Positions 42,233-54,709 of a DNA stretch of 64,000 nt are shown here, piece by piece. This DNA is from Eledone cirrhosa. Lineage: Eukaryota. The notes beneath the pieces were generated by a model, which worked only from the letters and a program-made list of their open reading frames with translations, made no database searches and was not told where the DNA came from. The translations under genes were made by a program, and so were the position numbers. Location of the stretch: assembly GCA_964016885.1 (NCBI GenBank), contig OZ024740.1:225742001-225806000 (forward strand), given 5' to 3'. Positions within the stretch are counted from its first letter, which is position 1. The number at the start of each line of letters is the position of its first letter.

Positions 42233-42665
42233 ATATTAATAAAAGGAATTCCAACTTTCTCTGATTTACTCGTTTTATTTACAATCCTTTAAAATTTATA
42301 ATGGTATTATAATGAAATAGTATGATAGAATATTAAATGTTAAGTGTTAATTGAACAAGTACTGTCATGCTTTCGCAATCTTCAGGTTCATAATGTGTGG
42401 TGACAGTCAAGTTTGCAATTTTCAACACAGTTGAAAATTGCAAACTTGACTGTCACCACAGAATATGAACCTGAAGATTGCGAAAGCATGAAAGTACTTG
42501 TTCAATTAACACTTAGCATTTAGTATTCTACCACACTATTTCATTATAATACCATTATAAATTTTAAAGAATTGTAAATAAAACGAGTAAATCAGACAAA
42601 GTTGTAATTCCTTTTATTAATATAATCTTCTATACACAATCATACACACCCGTGTATATTTATCT
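42233..42665 (+). mobile_element. HHR element forming a ~390-bp palindrome (centre 42428)
   Basis: 42233-42426 is the reverse complement of 42430-42623 with a 3-nt spacer. The 3' tail 42621-42665 recurs at 37826-37870. Confidence 0.88.
42466..42504 (+). ncRNA. Minimal type I hammerhead
   Basis: TGAAC CTGAAGA TTGC GAAA GCAT GAAA GTAC TT GTTCA; palindromic stem III AGTACT. The mirror copy at 42352-42390 (-) has GACA instead of GAAA. Confidence 0.85.
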
Positions 42666-42694
42666 ATCTATCTATATATATATATATATATATT

Positions 42695-42771
<77 letters not shown>

Positions 42772-44444
42772 TGTATGTACGTGTGTGTATTCAGTCAAAG
42801 CACACACACTCATATATGAAAATATACGTATGAATGTGTGTGTGTATATACAGATGAGGAAACATTATGTAGTTTTATTCGAACTAAGTTTCGTCATTTT
42901 TGTTGTTATACTCACATTTACCCCATGCCTTTCTTCAGGTTTCCGCGTTATATGGTAATGTATTTCAAATTTGAATCGAGCCATTCATTCAAACAATTGA
43001 ATGAGAAGAGGCTACCCTCCATGAGTATTAGTTATCAATTGCTAGTGAAGTCACTTGTCCTCCCTGCTTGAACTAGAGTTTGTATAGATTCACTAACTCA
43101 CACTTTGGACTCGTGCTAACCAGATAAATTAATTGTATGCGTACCTTCAGACAATAATTGTATAATTAATTGAATGAATAATGGTTGAACAAATTAGGTC
43201 TTGCAGCTGTTATGTTGCAAAGTTTCAAATTCTATGTAACATGCAATGAAATGAGCCTTACCAGAGAACAATGATCTACTGATACGTCACAAAATATACG
43301 CTTACCGAAAGCTCCACTCCTCCCGACAGCACACAGCTGTCAGCCAAGAAATTGTAAAGGTCATAACTGACTATCGTCATGATATGGTTAAACATATTTC
43401 GAAATGATCAACAATTCTAGAGTTGTTTAAAAAAAGTACAAGTCCAAGACGGCAGATTGTTGGAACTATTAGAGTATCGGTGTAGATCCCTTGAGATCTT
43501 TGTTCCGACTCATTATGTTCTGAGTTCAAATCGTTTTGTGAACTACTTGGGAGGCATATTTTATCTTCCGTCCGGTTTAACATCGCCTTCCCCTTGAAGG
43601 CCTTTAGCGAAGGCTACTCTCTTGCAAGCATTCGAGTTAGGTGTCGAGTCAGAGGATGAATCCAGGAAAACAACAAAGGCACAGGAAAAGGTTATTGGGA
43701 AAAAGTAACGTCTTATTTAAACACTATAAAAACAATTATATTTAAACTAGAGAAAATATATGTCTATAACGATATAAGGAAACACTGAAAACTCTTCTAT
43801 TCCGATTTAAAACTGTTTTTCACTAAACCAAAAGTATGGCATTTTTCCTTTATATTTCTTTTAACCTTGAGAATATCTTTCTCCTTCCTACTATTCTCAG
43901 TGACCACGAAAAATGGACCATAGTCATTGTTCTTCCCTTTCCGATTAAACAGTAAAAAAAAGGTCTTGAACAGTTGGTGTTGAAAAAAATAGCCAGCCAT
44001 TATCCGACCATATCTAGAACAAGGATGTAAATCAATTTCTAGATTTCCAGACGCCTGTAACATACTAAGATGGGGAAAAACCTGTACGCATTGAAGCAAT
44101 AGTGGATGAAATTAAAGGTCTAATTTTACTACTAGCGGTATTATTTTCTTTATTGGAAAATAGGTTCAACATCGTTCTACATAAAGGCAGCTTAAAAGAA
44201 CAACTAGTCACTACTCCAACGTAACAACGATTTGGTTCAATTCCGTTTTTGATTAAAAATGTGAATATCCCAGAATCTCAAATCGCGTAACTGAAATTGA
44301 ATATTTGATTCTCATTTAAGCATTTTGTTTTCTTTTTGACAATACGTTCTGGCAAATTCGCTTGGTATTGTGATTGTAGTATTCATTATTAGGCTGGTAC
44401 TATTATTAAATGTTTTCATTGATTAACTTCAAATAAGGGGTAGA

Positions 44445-44757
44445 ATAAAGTACTGGGGTCGATTTAATCGACTTTCCTCTTCTCCAAAATTGTTGGCCTT
44501 GTGCCAAAATCAGGAACCATTAATTTATTTTAGACAAAGGTGGTGGGTCGGGAATTTCGATAGAGCGTCGGACAACATGTTTTGCTGTATAGAACTACGG
44601 CCCATTACGTTCTGTGTTTCAATACCGCCGAGATTAGTTTTGCCTTTCATCCTTATGGGGATCGATAAAATAAAGTATCAGTAATGGACTGGGGTCGATT
44701 TAATTGACTTTCTCCTCCCCGAAATCGTTGGCCGTGTGCCTAAATCAGAAACCATTA
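44445..44757 (+). mobile_element. SINE A long subfamily: 3' fragment (44445-44521) plus full copy (44538-44757)
   Basis: Consensus match including the GGTCGATTTAAT insert. Confidence 0.8.
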
Positions 44758-44778
44758 CTTTAGTGCTGACAATGTGAA

Positions 44779-44882
44779 GGTGTGTGACAGTGGTTAATCT
44801 GTTGGATCCGCTATCGTGGTGTTGCGAATTCAATTCCTGGACCGGGCGATGCGTTGAGCAAGACACGTTATTTCACGTTGCT
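44779..44882 (+). mobile_element. SINE family C 5' fragment
   Basis: GTGGTTAA..GAATTCAATTCCTGGACCGGGCG..TTGAGCAAGACAC. Confidence 0.6.
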
Positions 44883-45395
44883 GTTTCTGCCAGGAGCTGC
44901 GACCAGTAGATAGTATCATTAATGGAAAGACCAATGGAAACAATGTTTCCTTGATCCGATTTGAGGAGTTCCACCCCACTCGGTAAGCGAGTGAGGCCTA
45001 GGAGCTGGTCGATCGTTCCTCTCTATATGCCATAGCTAGTTATAGCACGCTTTAAGACCAATACCGCTCTGGATGTTTCCTGATGAATAATTATGTTGTT
45101 CACTTCCCTGTGGCCTTAAATACATGGGTCCGGACAACCTGTGTAAGTTTGTACTTGTGATCTTGTCATTTCTCTATATGCTTTCGCACAAAATCTTTAT
45201 ATTCGGTGACACTATTTCTATCAATGCCAATATAAGTTGATAAATGTATTGGTTTTAAACATATACTAAGCAAAAGAAGTTCCATAAATGTATTAGTTAA
45301 TTTCATATTTGCTAATCACAGAATAAATGGCTAGAAAACATGTCTAAACCGGAATTTAATTTTTTTCTGTGAATTTTTTCTTATATCTTTATATA

Positions 45396-45553
45396 TACGA
45401 GGGTAGGCTGACTATGAAGGAGTGATGCTAGAGCTGTGAAATATTGCATGCATTAATGCCAGCTCTTCTTATTAACTATTTTGTTTCATTCCAGGGACAA
45501 TGCTGGAAACTAAATCGCATTTGATCATTCCATGAGAGTATCTTGGTCAGCCT
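45396..45553. mobile_element. Mariner-type MITE fragment
   Basis: TACGAGGGTAGGCTGA end; interior similar to 22390-22745. Confidence 0.55.
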
Positions 45554-45565
45554 AAATATAATATG

Positions 45566-45625
<60 letters not shown>

Positions 45626-45655
45626 GGAGTAAGGTTCTATACAAAAAAGCGGTTA

Positions 45656-46190
45656 TTGAGAAAATGTGGAATTGGAAATAGAACGGAAAATATATTTAAA
45701 GGATCTGTTTTACTTTTTTTCTTCTTTGATCCGTCAAAGTGAGATTATTGAAAAAATGAGAGGAACAAATTATTTTTTAAAATGGAGTTTTATAATATAT
45801 ATAAAATATAACCTCTTTTGATGTATCGGTGTAATCCATCTTATCTACAATTAAACAGAATGAAAATTTTAAAATCAAGTGTTGAAGAAGGTCTGTTCAT
45901 CTTTCTCAACAAGAAAGATGAACAGACCTTTAACACTTCTTTAACACTTAAATTTAAAATTTTAATTATTTTTAATTATTTTTAATTGTAATATTCAACA
46001 TTTGATAAGATGGATTACACCGATACATCGAAACCGGTTATACTTTATATATTTTATATACATTATAAACTCCTTTTTTTAAATTGTTCCTCTCGTTTGT
46101 TCAATAATGTCATTGTGGGGATCAAAGAAGAAAAACAGATCCTTTAAATATATTTTCCGTGCTCATTCCAATTCCCCCCTTTTCTCTCTA
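45656..46190 (+). mobile_element. HHR element forming an imperfect ~530-bp palindrome
   Basis: Arms meet at CTTTCT-CAACA-AGAAAG (45901-45917). Confidence 0.75.
45997..46043 (+). ncRNA. Type I hammerhead, U3-A8 core variant
   Basis: AT TTGATAA GATG GATTACACCGATA CATC GAAA CCGG TT AT. Palindromic stem III ACCGGT; stem I is short. Confidence 0.65.
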
Positions 46191-46479
46191 TATATTTATA
46201 TACATATCATATTTTTTATTTTTTCATCTAATCGGACAAAAACACATAATTCTGGGCCAGTCTGAATAGGATTTGAGCTCACTGCCATTACATACTTTAT
46301 CCATAAAATGCCGTCAGACAAGTGAAACGAAGAAGATTTAACACAATAAATTAAGGGTGACTTGTTATATTTATGGATTATACCTCTATTTCAAAGAATT
46401 AGAAGCCACGTCCGTAGCCCTTGCCTATCCCTTCCTTTTCCGTTTTTAAATATTAATACTACAAAATGAAATATATATA

Positions 46480-46780
46480 TCTAAAACAGAGAATGGCTAT
46501 CTGTCTGTCTGTCTATCGCCTTAAAACTTGAGAACTAACCAACCGATTTTTTTCAACCTTTATACATGTAATACTTATGGTCCTGTGAGTGTTTCGAGCA
46601 AAATATATTTCAAAATTTCAGTGCCCTATGGACCGCATTAGGCGCCGTTTAGCGATCTCTCTCTCTTTCTCAGTCTGTCTTTTTAGATAGATACATAACT
46701 ATAACGTCGGGCCCTTATAATATATGTCTGTATGTCTGACTGTCTGTATTACGACATTATGAAAACATTGACTTCACTAT
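46480..46780 (+). mobile_element. Non-autonomous Helitron 5' fragment
   Basis: TCT..CTGTCTGTCTGTCTATCG..AAAACTTGAGAACT..ACCGATT..CCGCATTAGG, as in 21070-21741. Confidence 0.55.
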
Positions 46781-46994
46781 CTGTGTATATGTGTATATGT
46801 ATACATAGTGTGTGTATATATATATTGTTCTCATTGCTGACGTATTATCTTCGCTATTTTCCGTTTCAATTTAAATTGATAAAAGGAAATTTTCGGTATT
46901 TTTCTCTGTGACGTATCCGAATGCCAGAAACTGTATAGATTGTACGTTTGTGACGTAACAATACTGTTTTGTTTGGTACACATATACAATGATA

Positions 46995-47135
46995 TCATCA
47001 TCATCATCATAATTATCAACCACTATCATAGAGCCCCCTGGATGCCTTCTGAAATTACTCCACACTGTCATGTCCTTCGCAATTCTGATCGCCTTCCAGG
47101 AACTATATTTGTAATTGCGATGGCGTTCCATCTTG
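46995..47135 (-). mobile_element. LINE (RTE-like) 3' end fragment
   Basis: Minus translation ..WKAIRIAKDMTVWS.. followed by a (GAT)n tail. Confidence 0.4.
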
Positions 47136-47146
47136 TATATGCCTGT

Positions 47147-47873
47147 CATGTGTATATATCTGTTATGTGTATATATCTGTTATATGTATATATCTGTTAT
47201 GTGTATATATCTGTTATGTGTATATATCTGTTATATACACATAACAGATTTATACACATAACAGATATATACATATAACAGATATATACACATAACAGAT
47301 ATATACATATAACAATATACATAACAGATATATACACATAACAGACATATACACATGTGTATATCTGTTATATGTATATATCTGTTATGTGTATAATTCT
47401 GTTATGTGTATATATATCTGTTATGTGTATAAATCTGTTATGTGTATATATCTGTTCTATGTATATATCTGTTGTATGTATGTATCTGTTATGTGTATAT
47501 ATCTGTTATGTGTATATATCTGTTATATACACATGACAGATTTATACACATAACAGATATATACACATAACAGATATATACACATAGCAGATATATACAC
47601 ATAACAGATATATACACATAACAGATATATACATAAAACAGAATATACATAACAGATATATACACATAACAGAGATATACACATGTGTATATCTGTTATG
47701 TGTATATATCTGTTATATGTATATATCTGTTATGTGTATTTATCTGTTATATGTATATATCGGTTATGTGTGTATATCTGCTATGTGTATACATATGTTA
47801 TATGTATATGTATGTAATATATATATATATGTTATATGTATATATCTGATATATATCTGTTATGTGTATATAT
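47147..47873. repeat. 17-bp minisatellite (TATATCTGTTATGTGTA) in alternating orientation blocks
   Basis: Orientation switches at about 47235, 47355, 47527 and 47683. Confidence 0.88.
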
Positions 47874-47903
47874 CTGATGAAGGACTAGCGTCCGAAACGT
47901 TAA
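47874..47903 (+). ncRNA. Minimal hammerhead core at the start of a short element (to ~47993)
   Basis: CTGATGA A GGAC TAGC GTCC GAAA CGTT. The 5' strand of stem I is replaced by minisatellite. Confidence 0.7.
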
Positions 47904-47989
47904 GAACATATTCCTGCTATATCAAGCGTTAACCTAATATATCCCTTCCATATACTGTACCGATTGTGTTGTTATTTCTGTTTACCTTT

Positions 47990-48035
<46 letters not shown>

Positions 48036-48039
<4 letters not shown>

Positions 48040-48234
48040 AACAAGTAAGACCCCGACGGCTGAGCTCAAGCCGTTTCGACGGCTAATTCGACGGCTAAGT
48101 CCAGAATTAGCCGTCGAAACGGCTTGAGCTCAGCCGTCGGGGTCTTACTTGTTCCTATTACCCACTCTACTACCCTAAGTATTGAGTACTTTGGTGCGTT
48201 ATGGTCCACCTGGTTCCTTACCACATTTCCTTCG

Positions 48235-48236
<2 letters not shown>
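48036..48236 (+). mobile_element. H1 element with 5' fold-back inversion
   Basis: Inverted arm 48036-48089, then GACGGCTAA GTCCAGAA TTAGCCGTC GAAA CGGC..GCCG TC GGGG. Confidence 0.85.
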
Positions 48237-48295
<59 letters not shown>

Positions 48296-48761
48296 ATGTG
48301 CATACATACATACATGCACATAAACATACGTATATGCGTGCATAATACATACATACATGCACATATACATACAGGCGCGTGGGAGGGTGCATAAGCGTGC
48401 GCCGTAGCATACGTATTCATGTTATTCTTTAAATCCTTCAATCTATACAAGGTAAATTATTTATTTAGTTCAGACATATTGTTAATGCATTAATTAGTGA
48501 TCATTGGTGTAAGCAGTCATGTTTACAAATAATATGTCCTATCAAATGGTGCTGTTAGTGTCCTCATCATTAACATCTATTGTATTCTCTGTTGTCTTTA
48601 GAATTTGTTCTGTTACTTTCTCATTTCAAAACAAATTCTTTCAGTACTTACTCGTAACTTTCTATAGTATATCTTTTGTAAAACATTCTGTGCACAATAT
48701 ATATCTATATTCATAAATCCAAATATAGGTATATATGTGTGTGTGTCTATATATATGTATT

Positions 48762-48806
<45 letters not shown>

Positions 48807-48888
48807 TTGTCTATATATATATATATATGTATTTGTGTATATATATATATAGGTATATGTGTGTGTGTGTGTCTCTATATATGTAATT

Positions 48889-48978
<90 letters not shown>

Positions 48979-49018
48979 TCTATATATATATATGTATTTG
49001 TATATATATATATATATT

Positions 49019-49061
<43 letters not shown>

Positions 49062-49454
49062 ATATAAATGTCGATGTATATTTATGCATGTATATATATA
49101 TGTATTTATACACACACACAAACACACACACACACACATATATATATATATGTATATGTATTTCTATATGTATGTCTATATATGAATGTGTAAGTATGTA
49201 TGTAGGTATGTATATGTATATATGTAGGTATGTATTTGTATACATGTAGGTATATAAATATGTATATATATATATGTATATATCTATGTATGTATGTGTA
49301 TATATGTATATATGTATGTATATATATATATACAGTATATATATATATATATGTATATATATAAATATGTATACATGTATGCATATAAGTATATATGTGC
49401 ATGTGTATATATATGCATGTATATGTCTGTATATACATATAAACATATATATAC

Positions 49455-49769
<315 letters not shown>

Positions 49770-49931
49770 GGAGGAGGTTATGGTTCACTTGAAGCATTGT
49801 GTAATGAGGTATAAACGTTTGAATATGTATAATAAAGCCAAAACAATGCGGGTATGGACATAGAAAAAAGAATGCAATTGCAAAAGATATTGTTGATAAT
49901 TTGTCTTTTACCTTAGATTTATTTTAAACGT

Positions 49932-49966
49932 CCTTAATTTTCGAGATAATATCTCTTCTTCGGAGG
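49932..49966 (-). ncRNA. Minimal hammerhead (core CCGAAGA)
   Basis: Minus strand: CCT CCGAAGA A GAGAT ATT ATCTC GAAA AT TA AGG. The element runs into (TA)n at 49767. Confidence 0.6.
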
Positions 49967-50129
49967 GAAATAAAGGTCTCAAACCAGCCTTCTAACTAGC
50001 TTGCCAAGCCATGCTGACAGGAAATAGTATAGAGTATCTGTTCTATCTCTAATGTCAAGGAGTTAAAATTAGGTGGATAAAGAGTAGTCTCCCTTTAAAA
50101 GGGTTTTGTTTAGTTTTTTTTTTAGTTTT

Positions 50130-50382
50130 TATATACATGCCTGTTTAAGTCTGTATGTGCGGTGGTGGAAGGTGAAGTACGTGTTGTCTACTGTGAAGGA
50201 CAAAAGCTGGTGTATGTCCGTCGGGTGGAGGCTGTAGCAGTGGATGTCTTCTGCGACCACGCAGTCCGTCAATAAATCGACAGCTGGATGAGCGGGGAGT
50301 GTAGTGTAGAGTGGGACAACGTCGAGGCTAAAAGCGTATTTATTTAGTTTAAGTTGTTCTGGCTGGAGTTGGTGTAGTCTAC
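50130..50382 (-). pseudogene. PLE RT fragment, inverted duplicate
   Basis: FSLDVVPLYT..LLSFTVDNTYFTF...Y. Overlaps as reverse complement with 50627-50824. Confidence 0.85.
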
Positions 50383-50401
50383 GATATCTGTAGGAGAAGA
50401 C

Positions 50402-50824
50402 AACTCCCAAATAAAGTTAAGCTCAACTACACCACTAGAAATAGCAGACTGCCCACTTTCTACCACCTCATCAAGACCCACAAGAATAGCACTAAGACGC
50501 AAATAAGACCCATCGTCTCTAGCATAGAAGGACCCCTATACAAAATTTCCTGGCTCCTCTCCCAGGTCCTCAAGCCTCTACTCTCCACCTTTCCCGGGCA
50601 TGTCAGTAGCTCCGACGAAGTTATACGTAGACTACACCAACTCCAGCCAGAACAACTTAAACTAAATAAATACGCTTTTAGCCTCGACGTTGTCTCACTC
50701 TACACTACAGTCCCCGCTCATCCAGCTGTCGATTTATTGACGGACTGCGTGGTCGCAGAGGACATCCACTGCTACGGCCTCCACCCGACGGACATACACC
50801 AGCTTTTGTCCTTCACAGTAGACA
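50402..50824 (+). pseudogene. PLE reverse transcriptase fragment (motifs 1, 2, A); absent from the ORF track
   Basis: LPTFYHLIKTHK..IRPIVSSIEGPLYKISWLLSQVLKPLL..FSLDVVSLYTTVP. Confidence 0.88.
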
Positions 50825-53702
50825 CAAGAACGGCAATTCATTAAAAATGAAACCGCATATCTATACATGTAGAAGAAACCACATTGAAAACTCTTCAACT
50901 CAACTTTAAAAGCTATTTTCCTAGTCAGCATTGTAACATATTTCACAGAGATTTTCCTGTGATTTTATCAATAATAACACTGTTAATCTGACATAGAAAT
51001 GAGAAATGATACGTGTCTAATCGTATCTCTTTGTAAGTAACCCATATTTGTACATGAGTAATCCTTATTCTTTTTATATATTTGGATACTACTGTATCAG
51101 TATTTTCAGGTTTAAATCTTTTCCTCAGTTTTATATTATCCGTTGTTTATTGTCCATTTTTAGCGGTCAAGCATATCCCTTTGTGGTTACAGTTTACTTC
51201 GGCAGTTGCCTATATGTTTAAAGTTTTAATTTTTTTTTTAATAATTTCTTAAAAGGCGGTAAGGAACCAGCAATATACCTAGCCCCAAGCAACCACGTAA
51301 TTAGTACTAAATTCGAAAAGAATAGCGAGAAAATGTAATCTAATGAGAGGCAATCCCTGTAATCTGAAAACTATCGGCAGATTTTATCCATCAGAAAAAC
51401 AAGAAGAAAATAAGCGTCCCACAAGACAGACATTTGACGAAAGAAACTACAGGAGTAGAAGCTCTTTTTACGAGAGAGTACAATCACAGCCAAACGATGA
51501 GAATTAATAGAAAAACGATTCATTGGCTTTGCAACCTGTAGAGAAGTAACAAGTAAAGAAAGTTCGGCAGAACAACGACTATATAATTATTTATAGAATA
51601 GAGATAAAGTTGTCTGCTGATATGAGCCTCGATTCTTCTGACTGGCTAAAACTGACATACGTCGCTCTATAAGAAGACAACAATTGTTTCTCTTCCAAAG
51701 AAATAAATTGAACTGGAAGAAAATATATTACCTCCAATACTTTCTGAACGTAACTGTAGAATTCTATATAGCAAACTGTTTTTAGCTTTTGTATCAAAAT
51801 CTATTTTCTCCTCAATGGTTACCTTCCCTAGATTCTTAAATGGTTATAAAAATTCCAGTGAGGGTTTTTTATGTCAAAGCACACTACACGAAACCAGCAG
51901 GGCACGCACGTGGAACAATTTCCCTTAATTCGATCATTCATTCTATTTTATTATTAAGCTAGAGGAAAAAACAGGTAATTAAAAATGTTTTTATTTCAAA
52001 CAATGTAAGAAACTAAACTTAGCACACACATAATGCAAATATAAAAGAGATGTGTCCGCAGCAATCAAGTCAAGCTAGCTGTAAAGCAAACATAAAATTC
52101 AGAACAAATGTGGTTTCTTTTAAATTGCTTTCAAATGTATTCAACGAAATATATCTTGTATTCCAGCATTTCAAGCAAAACGTTCACAGTTTCATGACAA
52201 GAGTCGAAGACTTATTCTACCAAATATACTGTTTCATAATAGCTTTCTGTGGTACAAATCAATAGCTTTAACAAGAGAATAGTAGAAGTATTCTGGGAAA
52301 TTATTCTACCCAAAAGCAAACCAAGAAGGATCCCTTTATTTTACTACCTTCAAGATTCTGACCGAATTTGAATGATGAGTTAATGTCTTATCAATTTTTT
52401 CTCTCCATATTACATTCATTACACGGGAATTTTCTTTTCATTCATTCGAAGTTTATTTTATTCTATTGCATACTCACAAGACAACTTTCTGGCCTTTAGG
52501 TATATTTATCTCGATAATTCTCTTTATCTATGTATTCTTGTGGTTAGAATTCATTTCCGGATGAAGGCTAGCAATAAATAAATTCTTTATCTGCAGTAAA
52601 GTTTCTGATAGTTTTGTAGTTTGACATCAAATTACTTTGCTGTTAGTTAATTATAAACTTTTACGAACAATTTACTGTATCTTATGACCATTGGCTATCT
52701 TCAAACGTAAGAAAGAGAGAAAGAAAAAAGAAACATAATCTCTAATCAGGAAGAAAGCATAAGACAATCTGAATACTCTATATCCATTACTGGGATTTTT
52801 TATGCTTTTCTTATTGTCAAAGCCTAAAGGTAAATTTTCTTCTGAACTTTAGCCATCAGGGAGTACTTATAGCAAATTACGACATCATTATTTCTAATTT
52901 CCCTGCCTTCATTTTTTATATGTTCTGTCATTTTCTATACGATGACAACTCTGAATCGATATTGTAGACTATTCTTCCTTTTTAAGAAGCTACTCAAGCT
53001 ATCCAATGTCAGTAAATATAAGTCCTTTCCTGACAAAATAAGGAAAGTGCAGAGAAGAAATTTATACCAAAATGTCTCTATGATAACCCTGGGGTTAAGA
53101 TGACATATGTAATCATCTTTTCATATTTACCCTAAAGGAAGAAGGTGCGAAAAGAGTTATTTCTTAAACTAGGCTTGAATGTTTTGCACTCCATTCCATT
53201 CTATTTCACCCCTTCGGGAAAATGGAACTAATGAAATTTATTGATGTCAAATTGAATCTAAGGCAAAATATTATTTGGACGTGAAAAATATCGAAATTAC
53301 AAATAACCGATAAATCATGAAAATTATAGATTGTGATATGTTCTTACTATGATTCTCTTTAATATCAATCCTTATCTTTATCATCATCATCATCATCATC
53401 ATCATCATTATCATCAAAACAACACCACCACCACTATCTTCAACATCATCATTGTCATCGTCGTCAATAATAACACACCACCACTATCATCCTCATCAGT
53501 GTCGTTATCATCATCATCAACCCACCTCCACCATCGATATTTTCGTTGTTATCATTATTACCACCTCCAGCTCGACACCATCCTCATCATTACCTCCATT
53601 GCCACGTCCACTATCAGCATCATCATCCCCATCTCCATCATCGATTTTTACGGGGTTTTTCCATGCACTTTATAAACTAATCTATTAATTAATGTTAGTT
53701 CA

Positions 53703-53889
53703 TTAACTGTCTCTACTTTAGGCACAAGGCCAGCAATTACCCAGTGCATTACTGGTACTTTATTTTATCGACCCCGTAAGGATGAAAGGCAAAGTCAACC
53801 TCGGCGGGATTTGAACTCAGATCGTAAAGGGACGTAACTATGCTGGAAAGCATGGCGTCCGACCCTCTACCGATACTGCCAATCCACCA
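53703..53889 (-). mobile_element. SINE family A (young)
   Basis: Flanked by the direct repeat TTAGTTCATTAAC. Confidence 0.92.
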
Positions 53890-54501
53890 TTAGTTCATTA
53901 ACAACAACATATATGTAATTCTATTTTCCATATTTTTGCAGGTCTTTTATTTTCGCTACTATTAAGATTAACATGTTACTTAGACAGGATTCTATCTATC
54001 GACTATCAGCCAAAGCTTGTTGGTTAGCAAGCTGTGTCGATAGCAAAGTTTATGAATTTTTCTATTTTCATTTTCTACTTTTAAGATTAACATGTTGCTT
54101 TTTTCGATAGATAGAATCCTGTCTATCAGTCAAAGCTTTTTGGTTGGCAAACTACGTCTATAGCAAAGCTTCTGAATTCTCAAAGGTCTAGTCCACACAA
54201 CAGTAATTAAGAACCACGCAGAGATATAGTCTATTGAATGCAATTAATACTTTACTTAAAAGTAACGAACACCACAAAATATAAATAAGTAAAGTCATAG
54301 CAAGTTATATCCATTTTCAGTTCTAAAAAGTTTCCGTATCATTTCGCTTACATTATTAATGCCCATGAGAAAGACCTGAATGTAACACTATATCATATCT
54401 TCTCATCTAAAATTCAAGACTGTATAGTATATGTAGAAATCAATATTTCATTTAAAGTTTTAGCCGTAAAAAGGATACACGCATGCACACATACACGTAT
54501 A

Positions 54502-54700
54502 AGGGCGGTGAAATGGCAGTATCGACAGAGCGTCGAGAACCATTCTTCGTGGCACAGAGTTACGGCTTTTTATGTTCTGAGTTCAAATCCTGCTGAGGCT
54601 ACCTTTGCCTTTCATCCTTGCGGGGTCGATCAAATAAAGTACCATTAATGCACTGGTATAATTGCTGGCCTTGTGCGAAGAGAAGAAACAATTATTATTA
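54502..54700 (+). mobile_element. SINE family A
   Basis: Consensus match with (ATT)n tail. Confidence 0.85.
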
Positions 54701-54709
54701 TTACATTGA

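Noticed and set aside
50830-53340. Possible host exon or transposase remnant
   Set aside because: No sustained ORF or motif recognisable by eye. Short host exons anywhere in the window cannot be excluded without RNA-seq.
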